Below are positions 1-10,069 of a stretch of DNA of 64,000 bases, one piece after another. The position numbers were made by a program, and so were the translations under genes. The notes below the pieces were generated by a model. The model saw only the letters and a list, made by a program, of their open reading frames with translations, searched no databases and had not been told where the DNA came from. Position 1 is the stretch's first letter. Each line of letters begins with the position of its first letter. Source of the DNA: an uncultured Gemmatimonadales bacterium (GTDB taxonomy: Bacteria > Gemmatimonadota > Gemmatimonadetes > Gemmatimonadales > Gemmatimonadaceae); assembly GCA_963850905.1 (NCBI GenBank), contig CAWKMU010000004.1:256001-320000 (forward strand). The letters run 5' to 3'.

Positions 1-760
1 CTCGAACACGTTCCTCAATGGTGGCGAGTTCACCAATCAAGGCCTCGAGCTCTCCCTGCAAGCCACTCCGGTTCAGCTGCGCAACGGATTTACGTGGGTC
101 TCCACGCAGACGTTCTACCGGAACTACAGCGTCGTGAACGCACTCCCCAGCAGCGGCGGCGTCAACAACGCGCCCTTCTTTGCCGGTCCAAGCTTCGGCT
201 ACGGCGGCGACGAGTTGGCGCTCGGCCGATCTGTGACTGAGCTCAACAACGAGATCCTGCAGGACCCCAACGGCGACTACGTGCAAGACGGCGACTTCCT
301 GCCGAGCTACACCGTGACCTCCGGGAACGAGCTCGACTTCAAGGGATTCCGGATCTACGGCTTGTTGGAGTGGAGCCGGGGCGCGAGCGTCGTGAACCTG
401 ACGCAGCAGTATTTTGACGTCGGCCCAGAGCTGGGGGCGGATTCCACAGCGGCCGCACTTCGCAACGCAGGCTTCAGCGCCGGCCTCGATCCGTACGTCA
501 TGGGTGCCAGCTTCCTCAAGGTGCGCGAGCTCACGCTGAGTTACCAGTTGCCGCAGCAGTGGGTGAATCGCGTTGGTTTTGCGAAGCTCTCGAGCGCGCG
601 TATCTCGGTCAACGGCTACAACGTATTCTCGGTCTACAAGTACCCGGGTCCGGACCCGCAGGTCACAGCGTTCGGCGCCCAGCAAGTCGGACGCGGACAG
701 GATGTAACGCCCTACCCGCCAGCACGCAGCTACTACATTGGTCTCGATCTGGGGCTCTGA
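1..760 (+). CDS. SusC/RagA-family TonB-dependent outer-membrane receptor, 5' truncated by window edge
   Basis: Frame open from base 2 (SNTFLNGGEFTNQGLELSLQATPVQLRNGFTW...). Ends FLKVRELTLSY...PYPPARSYYIGLDLGL, colinear with the full SusC at 10070-13096. Confidence 0.93.
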   Translation, partial: SNTFLNGGEFTNQGLELSLQATPVQLRNGFTWVSTQTFYRNYSVVNALPSSGGVNNAPFFAGPSFGYGGDELALGRSVTELNNEILQDPNGDYVQDGDFLPSYTVTSGNELDFKGFRIYGLLEWSRGASVVNLTQQYFDVGPELGADSTAAALRNAGFSAGLDPYVMGASFLKVRELTLSYQLPQQWVNRVGFAKLSSARISVNGYNVFSVYKYPGPDPQVTAFGAQQVGRGQDVTPYPPARSYYIGLDLGL

Positions 761-761
761 C

Positions 762-2336
762 ATGACACACATACAACTCACGAATTCACCGCGCAACTCA
801 CGCGCGCGCTGGATGGCACTGGGCGTCGCTGCGGCGGTCGCGGCCCTCGCCGCATGCGCCGACAGCAACGTGCCGTTCTTCACCGCACCGACATCCGTGC
901 CGAACTCGCCGGGCGGAGTGCAGAATTCCGTCACCGGCATCTTCTCCGCGATGCGCAACGACTTCGGGGATTTCATCATCGAGGTGGGTGCCGGCTACTC
1001 TCGCGACGGCTCCGTGTTCGTGGCCACCGAGGCGCGCACCGTCGAGTACCCGCTTGGCGTCTTTCCGGAGCCCGCCACGTGGGCAGGCGACTGGGCACAA
1101 GAGTACCAGAACATTTACCAGGCGCACGCCACATTGGCCACGATCCCCAAGGTCGGGCCCCCATACACCGCGGCGCAGGCGGAGGCCGTCTACGGCGTGG
1201 TCGCGACGTTGGAGGCGATCAATTATATGATCGTCGCCGAGGCGCACGATTCCGACGGCATCGACATCCAGCCATATCCCAACTCGACCAACCTTCCGCC
1301 GGCGACCTGCCTCAAAGACGCCTGGCAGTACATCACCGCGTTGCTGGATAGCGCGGGCGACAGCCTCGAGGTCGCTGGCAACATCCCGCTGCCAGTCACC
1401 GTGCCGAAAGGATTCGCGGGCGTTGGCAGCACGGCCGGCCCAGCAAAGACTCTGGGCTCATTTGCCTCGTTCAATCGGATCTTGGCTGCAAAGGCGTACC
1501 TCGAGCTCGCCTACGCCATTGCGCGTAATCCGGGCAGCAACGTCAACCTGCGGCCCGGCCTTAACTCAGCTGGCAGCCCCGATCCTGCGTCCCTCGCCAC
1601 TGCGCTCGCGCGCCTCAACGCGTCTGCCATGTGGGACCCCACCGGCGCGTCGCTGGCGCCAAACACGCCCGGATCATTCTCTGCCGACTCGCGTGACGTA
1701 ATGTGGGATTTCAGCGCGCAGTCGGGTGACCAGATCAACCCGATCCAAAGCAATATCGGCACTATCGCTCAACTGAAGGACATGGTCGCCGACGTGGATA
1801 CGACCAACGACCTCCGCTGGAAGGCCAAGTTCATTGTCAACCCAGTCATTGTGGCTGGCGGCCAGGTGCAGCAGCCAACCTACAGCCCGGTTGCCTCGCA
1901 ATACGTCTACGCCATGTCGCTCTCGCCCGGATCGACGATCCCGCTGACGCGGGAAGAGACGATCACGCTGTGGGCGGCGCAGATCCAGATGGCGTTGGGG
2001 AATAACACGCAAGCGCTCGCGTACGTGAACAACGTGCGCACGATCGTGGGCGGCCTCCCCCCGCTGCCGGCGTCGGTCGCCTCGACCTACCCGACCATGC
2101 GTAACGCTCTGATGAAGGAGCAGCGCATCTCGACGACATGGGAATTCAGTTTGGATCGGACGATCGCGATCCGGATGTATGGTCTCGCCCAGTACGCCGA
2201 TACCACCTGGTCGCCCCCTGGTGGCATAAGCGAAGACCCGGCGATAAAAGTGAAGGACTCGCACACGACCGTCGAACCGATCCCGTCAAACGAGCTCGAC
2301 GGGCGTGGGGGAACGTACACCACCCAGTGCAACTGA
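762..2336 (+). CDS. RagB/SusD-like surface lipoprotein
   Basis: ATG 1 nt after the SusC stop. Lipobox ALAAC; DLRW and ALAYVNNVR..GGL / LMKEQ motifs typical of the SusD C-terminus. Confidence 0.88.
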   Translation: MTHIQLTNSPRNSRARWMALGVAAAVAALAACADSNVPFFTAPTSVPNSPGGVQNSVTGIFSAMRNDFGDFIIEVGAGYSRDGSVFVATEARTVEYPLGVFPEPATWAGDWAQEYQNIYQAHATLATIPKVGPPYTAAQAEAVYGVVATLEAINYMIVAEAHDSDGIDIQPYPNSTNLPPATCLKDAWQYITALLDSAGDSLEVAGNIPLPVTVPKGFAGVGSTAGPAKTLGSFASFNRILAAKAYLELAYAIARNPGSNVNLRPGLNSAGSPDPASLATALARLNASAMWDPTGASLAPNTPGSFSADSRDVMWDFSAQSGDQINPIQSNIGTIAQLKDMVADVDTTNDLRWKAKFIVNPVIVAGGQVQQPTYSPVASQYVYAMSLSPGSTIPLTREETITLWAAQIQMALGNNTQALAYVNNVRTIVGGLPPLPASVASTYPTMRNALMKEQRISTTWEFSLDRTIAIRMYGLAQYADTTWSPPGGISEDPAIKVKDSHTTVEPIPSNELDGRGGTYTTQCN

Positions 2337-2382
2337 GGCACGCTAGCGAGCAAGCGACAATGTGACCGTGCTGTTGTAACAC

Positions 2383-2417
2383 CGAGGGCCAGTCGCGCGG
2401 GTCGTGACTGGCCCTCG
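2383..2417 (+). terminator. GC-rich hairpin after SusD (terminator or 3' stabiliser)
   Basis: CGAGGGCCAGTC...GACTGGCCCTCG inverted repeat about 46 nt after the stop; no U-tract. Confidence 0.55.
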
Positions 2418-2511
2418 ATGCGTTTGTGACGACGATACGGATGGCCAACGATGGCTCGTGGCCTTCTGCGAAGTGGCGCGGACGGTGTCGTGTTTGCGCG
2501 CTGACGATTCC

Positions 2512-2549
2512 CCGGTACGGGCGACGCTTTGCGTCGCCCGTTGTTGTCG
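2512..2549 (+). repeat. REP-like palindromic element (GTAG family variant)
   Basis: CCGGTACGGGCGACGCTTTGCGTCGCCCGTTGTTGTCG. Confidence 0.8.
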
Positions 2550-2656
2550 CCGCGGTCGGTTGTCATTGAGTAATTTTCCCGCGGACGAGATTGCCAGTGC
2601 CAATCAGTTGCCGCCGGTCCGTCCACGCACCACGCCTTCCCCGGAGAGATGTTCTA

Positions 2657-3205
2657 GTGCCCAACGCCTCGAGCCCTGCCAAGACCGTCCTGCTGACAAT
2701 CGGTGCTTGCGGACTGCTGATCCTGCTGTGCGCATTCGTCGCGATGAGAACGGGCGCTATGCCCGCAAACGCGGACGCGAAACCGGGACGACTGGAAACC
2801 TGGGCAGCCAAGCGATCCTTACACGCCACGCTCGATCGAGAGGGGAAACCGTTGAAGAGTCCCTTGCCGATCAACGACTCGGTGGTCACCCAAGGTGTGC
2901 ACCTCTACGGTACCTATTGCGCGGTCTGCCACGGGACATCGGACGGCAAGGCATCCGCGGTCGCGCGCGGTCTCTATCAGCACGCACCACAATTCGCCAA
3001 GGACGACGTCACCGACGATCCGATCGGGGTCACCTACTGGAAAATCACCCACGGCATCCGCTACACCGGCATGCCGGCCTTCGACTCGACGCTCACTGCC
3101 GACCAGCGCTGGGCGATCGCCACCTTCCTGCTCCGCCAGGACTCGCTCACACCGTCAGCTGCCGCGGCGTGGAAGGGGCTGCCCAGCGCCGTCGAGGCCC
3201 GCTAG
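2657..3205 (+). CDS. Membrane-anchored c-type cytochrome
   Basis: CAVCH heme motif, distal GIRYTGMPAF, N-terminal TM helix; GTG start after GGAGAG. Confidence 0.9.
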   Translation: MPNASSPAKTVLLTIGACGLLILLCAFVAMRTGAMPANADAKPGRLETWAAKRSLHATLDREGKPLKSPLPINDSVVTQGVHLYGTYCAVCHGTSDGKASAVARGLYQHAPQFAKDDVTDDPIGVTYWKITHGIRYTGMPAFDSTLTADQRWAIATFLLRQDSLTPSAAAAWKGLPSAVEAR

Positions 3206-3225
3206 GGGCGACGCATTGTGCGCCG
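3202..3225 (+). repeat. Degenerate REP copy overlapping the cytochrome stop codon
   Basis: CTAGGGGCGACGCATTGTGCGCCG. Confidence 0.65.
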
Positions 3226-3251
3226 TGAATGGCCCTCGCGTTTTTGCAGTT

Positions 3252-3283
3252 ACCCCAAACCCCAGACCCCAAACCCTAGACCC
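3252..3283. repeat. Heptamer tandem repeat (ACCCCAR-like)
   Basis: accccaa accccag accccaa accctag accc, between convergent genes. Confidence 0.7.
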
Positions 3284-3294
3284 GCGTCGTTACG

Positions 3295-3855
3295 TCACCG
3301 TGGCCAGAGCCATCCAAACGTGCCGGCGGTCACGAGCCCGTAGACCAGGCTGTCGAATACCTCCTTGAGCGTCACGGACCACGGTCGCCCCCACCAGATT
3401 GATTGGGGGATCTGTCCTCCGGCATATCCGAGCCAGGCGACGAGGCCCACAACATGGAACACACGCGAGTAGTGAGCGCCAGGCGCAACCGTCACGCATG
3501 CGACAGCCGCAGCGCCCAACGAGATCACGATGGAAAAGATGAACCATTGAACGAGGCTGGGCCCCATTGACGGTGGCCCGGATGGCCGGATGGTCAACAC
3601 GGCCACCGGGCCCTCGGCAAACTTCTGCAGCGTTTCCGGACTTCGCATGGCCTCCATGCCCGCCGCCCAGGGAATGATGTACTGCGCGGGCGTTGGTTTA
3701 CCGCTGCGGATGGCGGCGCGAACGGCATCTTCGTTGGGCAGCTTGACGTAGTCTCGATTGTGGTACCGCAACGCCATGTGGATGATGCTACTCGCCACGA
3801 ATACGAGCACGGCGGACAGCAGGATCGGCAGCCAGAGATGAGCCAGCGACACCAT
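3295..3855 (-). CDS. Conserved hypothetical integral membrane protein
   Basis: MVSLAHLWLPILLSAVLVFVASSIIHM...TFGWLWPR, about 4 TM segments; GAGGGGGG RBS. Confidence 0.8.
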   Translation of the reverse strand: MVSLAHLWLPILLSAVLVFVASSIIHMALRYHNRDYVKLPNEDAVRAAIRSGKPTPAQYIIPWAAGMEAMRSPETLQKFAEGPVAVLTIRPSGPPSMGPSLVQWFIFSIVISLGAAAVACVTVAPGAHYSRVFHVVGLVAWLGYAGGQIPQSIWWGRPWSVTLKEVFDSLVYGLVTAGTFGWLWPR

Positions 3856-3944
3856 GACACCCCCCTCGTTCGAGTGCGAGCCAACGGCCACGTGCGGGGC
3901 GACAATTATAGCCCCACCGTGCACCGCCGTCGACCGAGGAACAG

Positions 3945-5027
3945 ATGACACAGAACCTGCCAGCCCCAGTGCCGCTCACCACCGGTGGAGCAGGTGTCCC
4001 GCGGTTCGAAGTCGATGCCGCGTGGCCTCAACCAATGCCGGGGAATTGGATGGTCGGACAGGTCTCCGGAGTCGCCGTGGACTCGCATGACCACGTGTGG
4101 ATCATTCATCGCCCCACATCACTGACACCGAGCGAGGCGGGTGCGGCCCAGAATCCACCAGTCGCGGACTGCTGTGTCGCGGCGCCACCCGTCCTGGAGT
4201 TCGATCGCGACGGCCGCGTGCTCCGGGCGTGGGGTGGTCCATCGAATGAATACCACTGGCCCGCTAGCGAGCATTCGATCTGCGTGGACCGTCGCGACAA
4301 CGTGTGGATCGCGAGCAACGGCCCGTCGGACCACGTGGTGCTCGAGTTTTCGACCGACGGACATCTCCTGTTGCAGATCGGAGTCGCCGGCAAGACCGGC
4401 GGTAGCAACGACACGGCACTCCTCGGCGCACCAGCAGCAATCGAGGTCGACGACGCGGCCAACGAGGTGTATATCGGAGACGGCTACGTCAACCGGCGCG
4501 TCATTGTCTTCGATGCGACTACCGGGGCGTACAAGCGGCACTGGGGCGCGTACGGCCGGCGACCCAATGATGCGGACCCTGGACCATACGATCCCGCAGC
4601 GTCACCCGCCCAGCAGTTCCGCACACCTGTCCATGCGGTCCAGATCGCGCATGACGGCCTCGTGTACGTGGCGGACCGCTCAAACGACCGGATCCAGGTT
4701 TTCCACAAAGACGGGACCTTCGTCAAGGAAGTGTTCGTTGCGAAGAACACCCGCGGGATCGGCTCAGTGTGGGACATTGCCTTTTCTCATGATCCCGCCC
4801 AACAGTATCTGTACGTCGCCGACGGCACCAACCATAAGGTCTGGATCATCACGCGTGCCGACCTTCGAGTCGTCGGTGCGTTCGGCCGCGGCGGGCGGAA
4901 CGCCGGCTATTTCGGATGGGTACACAACATCGCGGTCGATTCGAGAGGCGACGTGTTCACAACCGAAGTCGCGACGTACGGACGAGTCCAGAAGTTCCGC
5001 CTCCTTGGCCCGCCGCTACCGCGGTAG
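3945..5027 (+). CDS. NHL-repeat beta-propeller (peptidyl-alpha-hydroxyglycine alpha-amidating lyase-like)
   Basis: Repeated GVAVDSHDHVWI, VYIGDGYVNRRV, VYVADRSNDRIQVF and HNIAVDSRGDVF NHL motifs. Confidence 0.88.
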   Translation: MTQNLPAPVPLTTGGAGVPRFEVDAAWPQPMPGNWMVGQVSGVAVDSHDHVWIIHRPTSLTPSEAGAAQNPPVADCCVAAPPVLEFDRDGRVLRAWGGPSNEYHWPASEHSICVDRRDNVWIASNGPSDHVVLEFSTDGHLLLQIGVAGKTGGSNDTALLGAPAAIEVDDAANEVYIGDGYVNRRVIVFDATTGAYKRHWGAYGRRPNDADPGPYDPAASPAQQFRTPVHAVQIAHDGLVYVADRSNDRIQVFHKDGTFVKEVFVAKNTRGIGSVWDIAFSHDPAQQYLYVADGTNHKVWIITRADLRVVGAFGRGGRNAGYFGWVHNIAVDSRGDVFTTEVATYGRVQKFRLLGPPLPR

Positions 5028-5157
5028 CGAACGGGACCACTCGAGCCAGGGAATCGCCCGTGGCGCGACGCATGCGTCGCCCTCAAGAAGGACGGATCGG
5101 TCGTGTGGTGCGGGAGTTGCGGCCAACACACTCTGTGATGATACGGAACCGCAAAGC

Positions 5158-5550
5158 GTGAAGAAACGGGACCGCAAGGCGGACCGGTCCGGCCTGCAAC
5201 CAGGGCCGCAGGACCACGCCGAAGGCGATCACGGGCCGAAGACGCGCGCGCGGCTGCGTCAACAACTGCAATCGGGCACCCCCCGACGGCCAGCCGAGGA
5301 AGTGGTCGAAGAGGCCCGCCACAACGCCGCGTATCACGGCAAACGACGTCTGGTCGAGGACCGCCAGCAGCACGACGAGGCCGAAAAGAACAGCGAACAC
5401 ACACGCCTCTTCGTCGAGCATATCCGCGGTCGCGACGACGGTCCGAGCGATAACCTCGGCAACCTCCACGGCGTGCTCGGCCACCGCGAGCACCGATCCG
5501 ACTACAAGACGCGGGGACGGGACGGGTTGCGCGACGAGAAGAAGCGGTAA
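5158..5550 (+). CDS. Hypothetical highly charged hydrophilic protein (130 aa)
   Basis: GTG start; GC3-rich codons in the 3' part of the ORF 4141-5550 frame; fills the gap before the ferritin-like gene. Confidence 0.6.
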   Translation: MKKRDRKADRSGLQPGPQDHAEGDHGPKTRARLRQQLQSGTPRRPAEEVVEEARHNAAYHGKRRLVEDRQQHDEAEKNSEHTRLFVEHIRGRDDGPSDNLGNLHGVLGHREHRSDYKTRGRDGLRDEKKR

Positions 5551-5630
5551 CGCAACCGCTGGGATTCCCCCCTGTGTTATCCTGCTAACCCCTCCCGCGG
5601 TTACTCACCCCCCGCAAGCCGGAGTATCCC

Positions 5631-6128
5631 GTGCCTAGCAAAACACCCAACGACGATGCCGCACGTCGGCAGCTCGTCCAGGGGCTCCAAGACGATCTCG
5701 CCCGCGAATACAAGGCCATCATCCAATACGTCATCTTCAGTCAGAAACTCGACCGCGCCGAGTACATGAACATCGCCGACCAATTGATCGAGCATGCACA
5801 CCAGGAACTGAACCACGCACTGGCCATCGCGCGGCAAATCGACTACCTCGGCGCCTATCCCGTCCATCAGCCCAAGACGGTCGAGGTGTCCGAGGACAAT
5901 GAGGAAATGCTCTGGGCCGACCTCCGCGCCGAAGACGACACGATCAAGAATTACCGGGAGCGCATCCGCCAGGCCGATGCCCTGGGTGAGATCGCGCTCT
6001 CCGAAATCATCCGCGGCATCGTCAAGGAAGAGCAAGACCACCAGATCGACCTGGCTACGGCGCTCGGCGTGACTCCCGACGAGCGGATCCGTACAGAGAC
6101 CGGCGGCCGCAAAAAGACGCCACGTTAG
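5631..6128 (+). CDS. Ferritin-like / bacterioferritin-family di-iron protein
   Basis: REYKAIIQY, HAHQELNHA, AEDDTIKNY and KEEQDHQ ExxH four-helix bundle motifs. Confidence 0.88.
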   Translation: MPSKTPNDDAARRQLVQGLQDDLAREYKAIIQYVIFSQKLDRAEYMNIADQLIEHAHQELNHALAIARQIDYLGAYPVHQPKTVEVSEDNEEMLWADLRAEDDTIKNYRERIRQADALGEIALSEIIRGIVKEEQDHQIDLATALGVTPDERIRTETGGRKKTPR

Positions 6129-6145
6129 GCAACTGAACCGGCATA

Positions 6146-6197
6146 AGAAAAAGGAGACCGCGGCGGGAGGTTTGTCCCCGCCGCGGTCTCTCCTTCC
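6146..6197. terminator. Bidirectional intrinsic terminator
   Basis: GAGACCGCGGCGGG/CCCGCCGCGGTCTC stem with an A-run on the left and a pyrimidine run on the right, between convergent genes. Confidence 0.8.
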
Positions 6198-6227
6198 TTA
6201 TTGCCTCTCCTTTCTCCTATCCCCTTT

Positions 6228-7871
6228 CTACGGGCGCTCTGCGACCGTCGCGAGCCGCACGCGCTCGAGGCGCCGCGTCTTCGAGGGCACGTTGTAGACC
6301 TGCAGCGAGACGATCGGCGCGCCGCCGTCGCTGGCCTTGCTCTCCGACGCCTTATGGAGCGCGTCGCGCAGCGCATCGGGGGTCGGGACCGGCGTGCCTT
6401 CAACAGACATGATGATGTCCGGCCCATTCTGCTCGGCCGCGAAGAGACGGCCAGACGCGGGGCTGCCATCGTCGACGTTCATGACGACTTCGCCCCGCAC
6501 GTTGTCGGGGAGCTGCAACTCCTGGACGACGGACGCATCGGTCGGCGCTACGGCGACGCCCAGGAGCGGCGCTGACGCATGCTTCCCTGACTCATCGCCG
6601 TTGTTATCGCTCACGCGACTGGCGGTTGCAAGCTGACCACCGTCGACGCTCTGGAGCTTGACGTGCAACGTCGTGTGCTCACCGCCCTTGCGTGCAACCT
6701 CGAGAGCGACCACGTCACCCGGCTTGCGGAACGCAATCGCTTCCTGCAGCTGCGCGACGTAGGTGACCGGGTGTCCGTCAACCGCGATGATGACATCACC
6801 GGGCCGGACGCCGGCCTGGCGCGCCGGCGAGTCCTGAGACCCGTAATCCTCGACGAGGACACCACCGATCGTGGTGAGCCCGGCGTAGGCTGCGTCGTCA
6901 GCTGACGCGTCGCGCACCTGCACGCCCAGCGCCGCGCGCTCGACATGGCCGGTCGCGATGATCTGCTGCATGACGTTGCGGGCCAGGTTGATCGGCACCG
7001 CGAACCCATAGCCGGTGTTGTACCCGGTCGGGCTCTCGATCGCCGAGTTGATCCCGATCACTTCGCCGCGGACGTTCACCAGCGGGCCACCCGAGTTGCC
7101 AGGATTGATGGCCGCATCCGTCTGGATGAAGTCTTGAATGCTCTTGTCGGAGCGGTTCGGCAACCGGAGCGCGCTCCGTCCCTTGGCGCTCACGATCCCC
7201 TGGGTCACCGTGAAGGTGAGATCCTCGCCAAGCGGGTTGCCGACGGCGAGCACCCATTCACCGACTCGCGCCGAGTCGCTGTTGCCGAGGGGCGCCGCAG
7301 TGAGCCCCTTCGCATCGATCTTGACGACCGCCACATCGGTCGTGGGATCGGTGCCGACGACACGGGCCTTGAACTCGCGATTGTCGAGCAACCGGACCGT
7401 CACCGTGGTCGCACCATCGACGACGTGGTTGTTCGTCAGGATGTAGCCGTCAGGCGACACGATGAAACCGGAGCCCGACGCGACGGCATCGCCCTGCGGC
7501 ATGTCGGGCATGTCGCCGCCGTCGGGCATGCCAGGCATCCCGCGGAAGAAGGGCATGATGTCGGGCGGCAGCATCTGTTGCCGGTGCTGCTTCCCGCGCT
7601 CGGACCGCGAAGCGACTTGCTCCGTGTGCTTCGCGACTATATAGACCACGCTCGGCCTGACGTGCAATGCGACCGAGGCGAACGCGTCGCTCAGGTCTTC
7701 CAGGCTGGTGACCGCCGCGCTGGGCGGCGCAATCGCAGCACCGATCGAAGCGGCAAACACGCGAGCGTGATGCAGCGATGTGGATTTGGTGAATCCAACG
7801 GTAGCGAGGGCGGCCACGCCTACCGCGGCAAGACCGCCGGCGCGCCAACGCGCGCCGCGAGCATCGAACAT
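6228..7871 (-). CDS. degP: Do/DegP/HtrA-family serine endoprotease with PDZ domains
   Basis: GSGFIVS, TNNHVV, TDVAVVK and QTDAAINPGNSGGPL; two PDZ-like regions; GGGAGG RBS. Confidence 0.93.
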   Translation of the reverse strand: MFDARGARWRAGGLAAVGVAALATVGFTKSTSLHHARVFAASIGAAIAPPSAAVTSLEDLSDAFASVALHVRPSVVYIVAKHTEQVASRSERGKQHRQQMLPPDIMPFFRGMPGMPDGGDMPDMPQGDAVASGSGFIVSPDGYILTNNHVVDGATTVTVRLLDNREFKARVVGTDPTTDVAVVKIDAKGLTAAPLGNSDSARVGEWVLAVGNPLGEDLTFTVTQGIVSAKGRSALRLPNRSDKSIQDFIQTDAAINPGNSGGPLVNVRGEVIGINSAIESPTGYNTGYGFAVPINLARNVMQQIIATGHVERAALGVQVRDASADDAAYAGLTTIGGVLVEDYGSQDSPARQAGVRPGDVIIAVDGHPVTYVAQLQEAIAFRKPGDVVALEVARKGGEHTTLHVKLQSVDGGQLATASRVSDNNGDESGKHASAPLLGVAVAPTDASVVQELQLPDNVRGEVVMNVDDGSPASGRLFAAEQNGPDIIMSVEGTPVPTPDALRDALHKASESKASDGGAPIVSLQVYNVPSKTRRLERVRLATVAERP

Positions 7872-8204
7872 GAAGCGAACCTCCCGCAAGGGTAATGTGG
7901 GGCCAATAGAGTCCAGCCCGCTCGATCTGGACAGCGGGCGTCAGAATCGCCGGCGGCACACCGGTCGGTGGTCACCATGCGTCGTGCGCTTCTGTACTAC
8001 CCGCCGCCAATCAGGCGTGAGCGCCGCGCGCCGGCCGAAATTCGCGCGCGTGACCAAACATACCCGGGTCCGCCACGAAGGATCCGCGAGTCGCGCCGTC
8101 CATCATACCCATCGGCCCCATTTGCCCGCGCCGGCCATCACGGAGGTATCGGCTCATACCGGTGCGTGGCGCCAATCGAAAGGCCGGTCACGGTACGCCG
8201 CGAC

Positions 8205-8296
8205 CGGCCTTGGACCGGTAGGGGCGACGCATTGCGTCGCCCGTCGTTGGTCATGGCATTTCGTTGTTGTTTGTGATCCCTGACCCCTGACCCCTG
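8205..8296 (+). repeat. Full modular REP element plus (CCCTGAC)n tail
   Basis: CGGCCTTGGACCGGTAGGGGCGACGCATTGCGTCGCCCGTCGTTG...GATCCCTGACCCCTGACCCCTG. Confidence 0.88.
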
Positions 8297-8299
8297 TCT

Positions 8300-9406
8300 T
8301 TACGACCTCGGCGGTGCCCGCCACGCCGGCGGCGCTGACAAAATCGGCAGCACGCTCGCGAGCGTCGCCTTAGGCCACATCGAGGGCACACCGCGAACGA
8401 ACGTCACCAGCCCATCGATCGGCGATTGGATCTCGCCCGTGCGCCGGCCGAGGAAATCTGTCGTATAGCCGAGAGGCTGGCCCTTGGTGACGCGAACGTC
8501 GCGCTCGATGGACGCGAAGAACATCCCTGCGCTGTCGGCGGCGATGCGGGCCCCAGCCCCGTCGAGCCACACCGGATGGGCGATCGGTCGCGTGGGACGA
8601 TCCAGCATGTGCAGCGCGCCCAGCACATTGAGTGAGCCATCCACGAGCGCCGTGAGGTCCGACTGGGCCACGATCCCGCTCCGCCCCGCCTCGGCGACGA
8701 GCACCGTCTTGCCACGCACGAGCGCTTGTCCGGACAGAGAGCGACCGGCGTTCGGCGCGTCGGGATCGACGTCCGTGACGATGATGTGGTCCAGCCCGAA
8801 CGCCATGACGAGTTTGAGCCCCGCCGAGTCTTGCGCCGCGCGACCGCCGCGGAACCAGTAGCTATACGGTCGCAGATTCTCGTCGAGGTCCCCGCCGTGG
8901 AGGTCGACGACCACGTCGGCAGGCGTCACGACCTCGCTCGTGATTAGCGCGAGCGCGCGTTGCGTCTGGGTCCCGCTCGCATCCCCAGGATAATTGCCGT
9001 TCATGCTCTTGCGATCGATCGGGTTGAGATGCGGCGTCATTTGCTCGAACGACCCGATGTTGATGATCGGCACCACGATCACCGTCCCCGTCAGGCGGCG
9101 CGCATCGATTCGGGGAATGAGCTGCTGCATGGCCACGATCGAGCTGTATTCGGTGCCGTGACTGCCCGCGACGAACGCAACCACCGGACCCGGATGCTGT
9201 CCATGGATCACGGCCACGGGGATCGAAAGTGCCGAATCGGATCCCGACGGCACCGCAATCGTCCCCGTCGCGGTGGTCCCGAGCTGGGCGACGGCAGTCC
9301 CGACGGAGAAGGTCGCGGCATCACGACCCTGGGCGGCGGCGAGCGCGGGAACACAAGCCATGAAGGCGATCCCGCGGGCGAGCGAGCGGCAAAGTGGACG
9401 ACGCAT
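8300..9406 (-). CDS. Succinylglutamate desuccinylase/aspartoacylase-family (M14) metallopeptidase, secreted
   Basis: GSHGTE, MNGNYPG, DLHGGD and AEAG motifs; signal peptide. Confidence 0.88.
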   Translation of the reverse strand: MRRPLCRSLARGIAFMACVPALAAAQGRDAATFSVGTAVAQLGTTATGTIAVPSGSDSALSIPVAVIHGQHPGPVVAFVAGSHGTEYSSIVAMQQLIPRIDARRLTGTVIVVPIINIGSFEQMTPHLNPIDRKSMNGNYPGDASGTQTQRALALITSEVVTPADVVVDLHGGDLDENLRPYSYWFRGGRAAQDSAGLKLVMAFGLDHIIVTDVDPDAPNAGRSLSGQALVRGKTVLVAEAGRSGIVAQSDLTALVDGSLNVLGALHMLDRPTRPIAHPVWLDGAGARIAADSAGMFFASIERDVRVTKGQPLGYTTDFLGRRTGEIQSPIDGLVTFVRGVPSMWPKATLASVLPILSAPPAWRAPPRS

Positions 9407-9410
9407 GGCG

Positions 9411-9698
9411 TTACCCGGTGGTGGTGGGTGCCTTGGCGAAGCGCTGGCGGCTACGCTCGCGCGCCTTGTGGATCTCCTCCTCGCGGTTTCGCGGAGGCAC
9501 TGTGGTCTCGTACGACCCGATCAGACGCTGAGCGGCAGCGGTCACCTCATCGACTGCGCGGGCAAACGCCGCTTCGTTCACCCGGGAGGGGTGGCTGGTG
9601 CCACTCAACTTGCGCACGAACTGCAGTGCCGACGCGCGAATCTCCGCGTCGGTGGCGGGGGGCTCGAAATTGGCGAGCGTCTTGATGTTACGGCACAT
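9411..9698 (-). CDS. DUF2277-family small protein
   Basis: MCRNIKTLANFEPPATDAEIRASALQFVRKLSG signature. Confidence 0.9.
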   Translation of the reverse strand: MCRNIKTLANFEPPATDAEIRASALQFVRKLSGTSHPSRVNEAAFARAVDEVTAAAQRLIGSYETTVPPRNREEEIHKARERSRQRFAKAPTTTG

Positions 9699-10069
9699 GG
9701 CACAAGCGGCGGCTGCCGCGAGCTGAGGGTGAATACCAGGCCAATCTACAGAGGGCGGGTCGAGGAGCCAGATCCTTGCGGTCGCGGCCGCTTTAAGTTG
9801 CCGCCTCGCGACTGTGGGTCCAAGGCCGTCTTGACAGCGGCTCGACTTGTCCCCACACTAGGCCCGCTTTAACGCGCTCTAACAACCCGGACGACCGGCG
9901 CCATGCCGGCCGCCGGCTGGTGGTGTTCGCGGACGGCGGCTCTCGACGAGCTGCTGGTCCTCGTACGCCCGTCATCAGTGGCTTTGTGCCGATCATCGGA
10001 GGGAGAGGTAGTCGTGACTGAATTGTCCGAATGGATTCGTTTTCCCGCTCACCAAACGAAGGAGGGTTC

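Noticed and set aside
4141..5157. 469-aa ORF overlapping the NHL gene
   Set aside because: Shadow frame rich in R/S/T/A; only its last 130 codons look coding.
9699..10069. Riboswitch upstream of SusC
   Set aside because: GC-rich stems are possible, but I could not match cobalamin, TPP or other aptamer consensus by eye. An Rfam/Infernal scan would decide.
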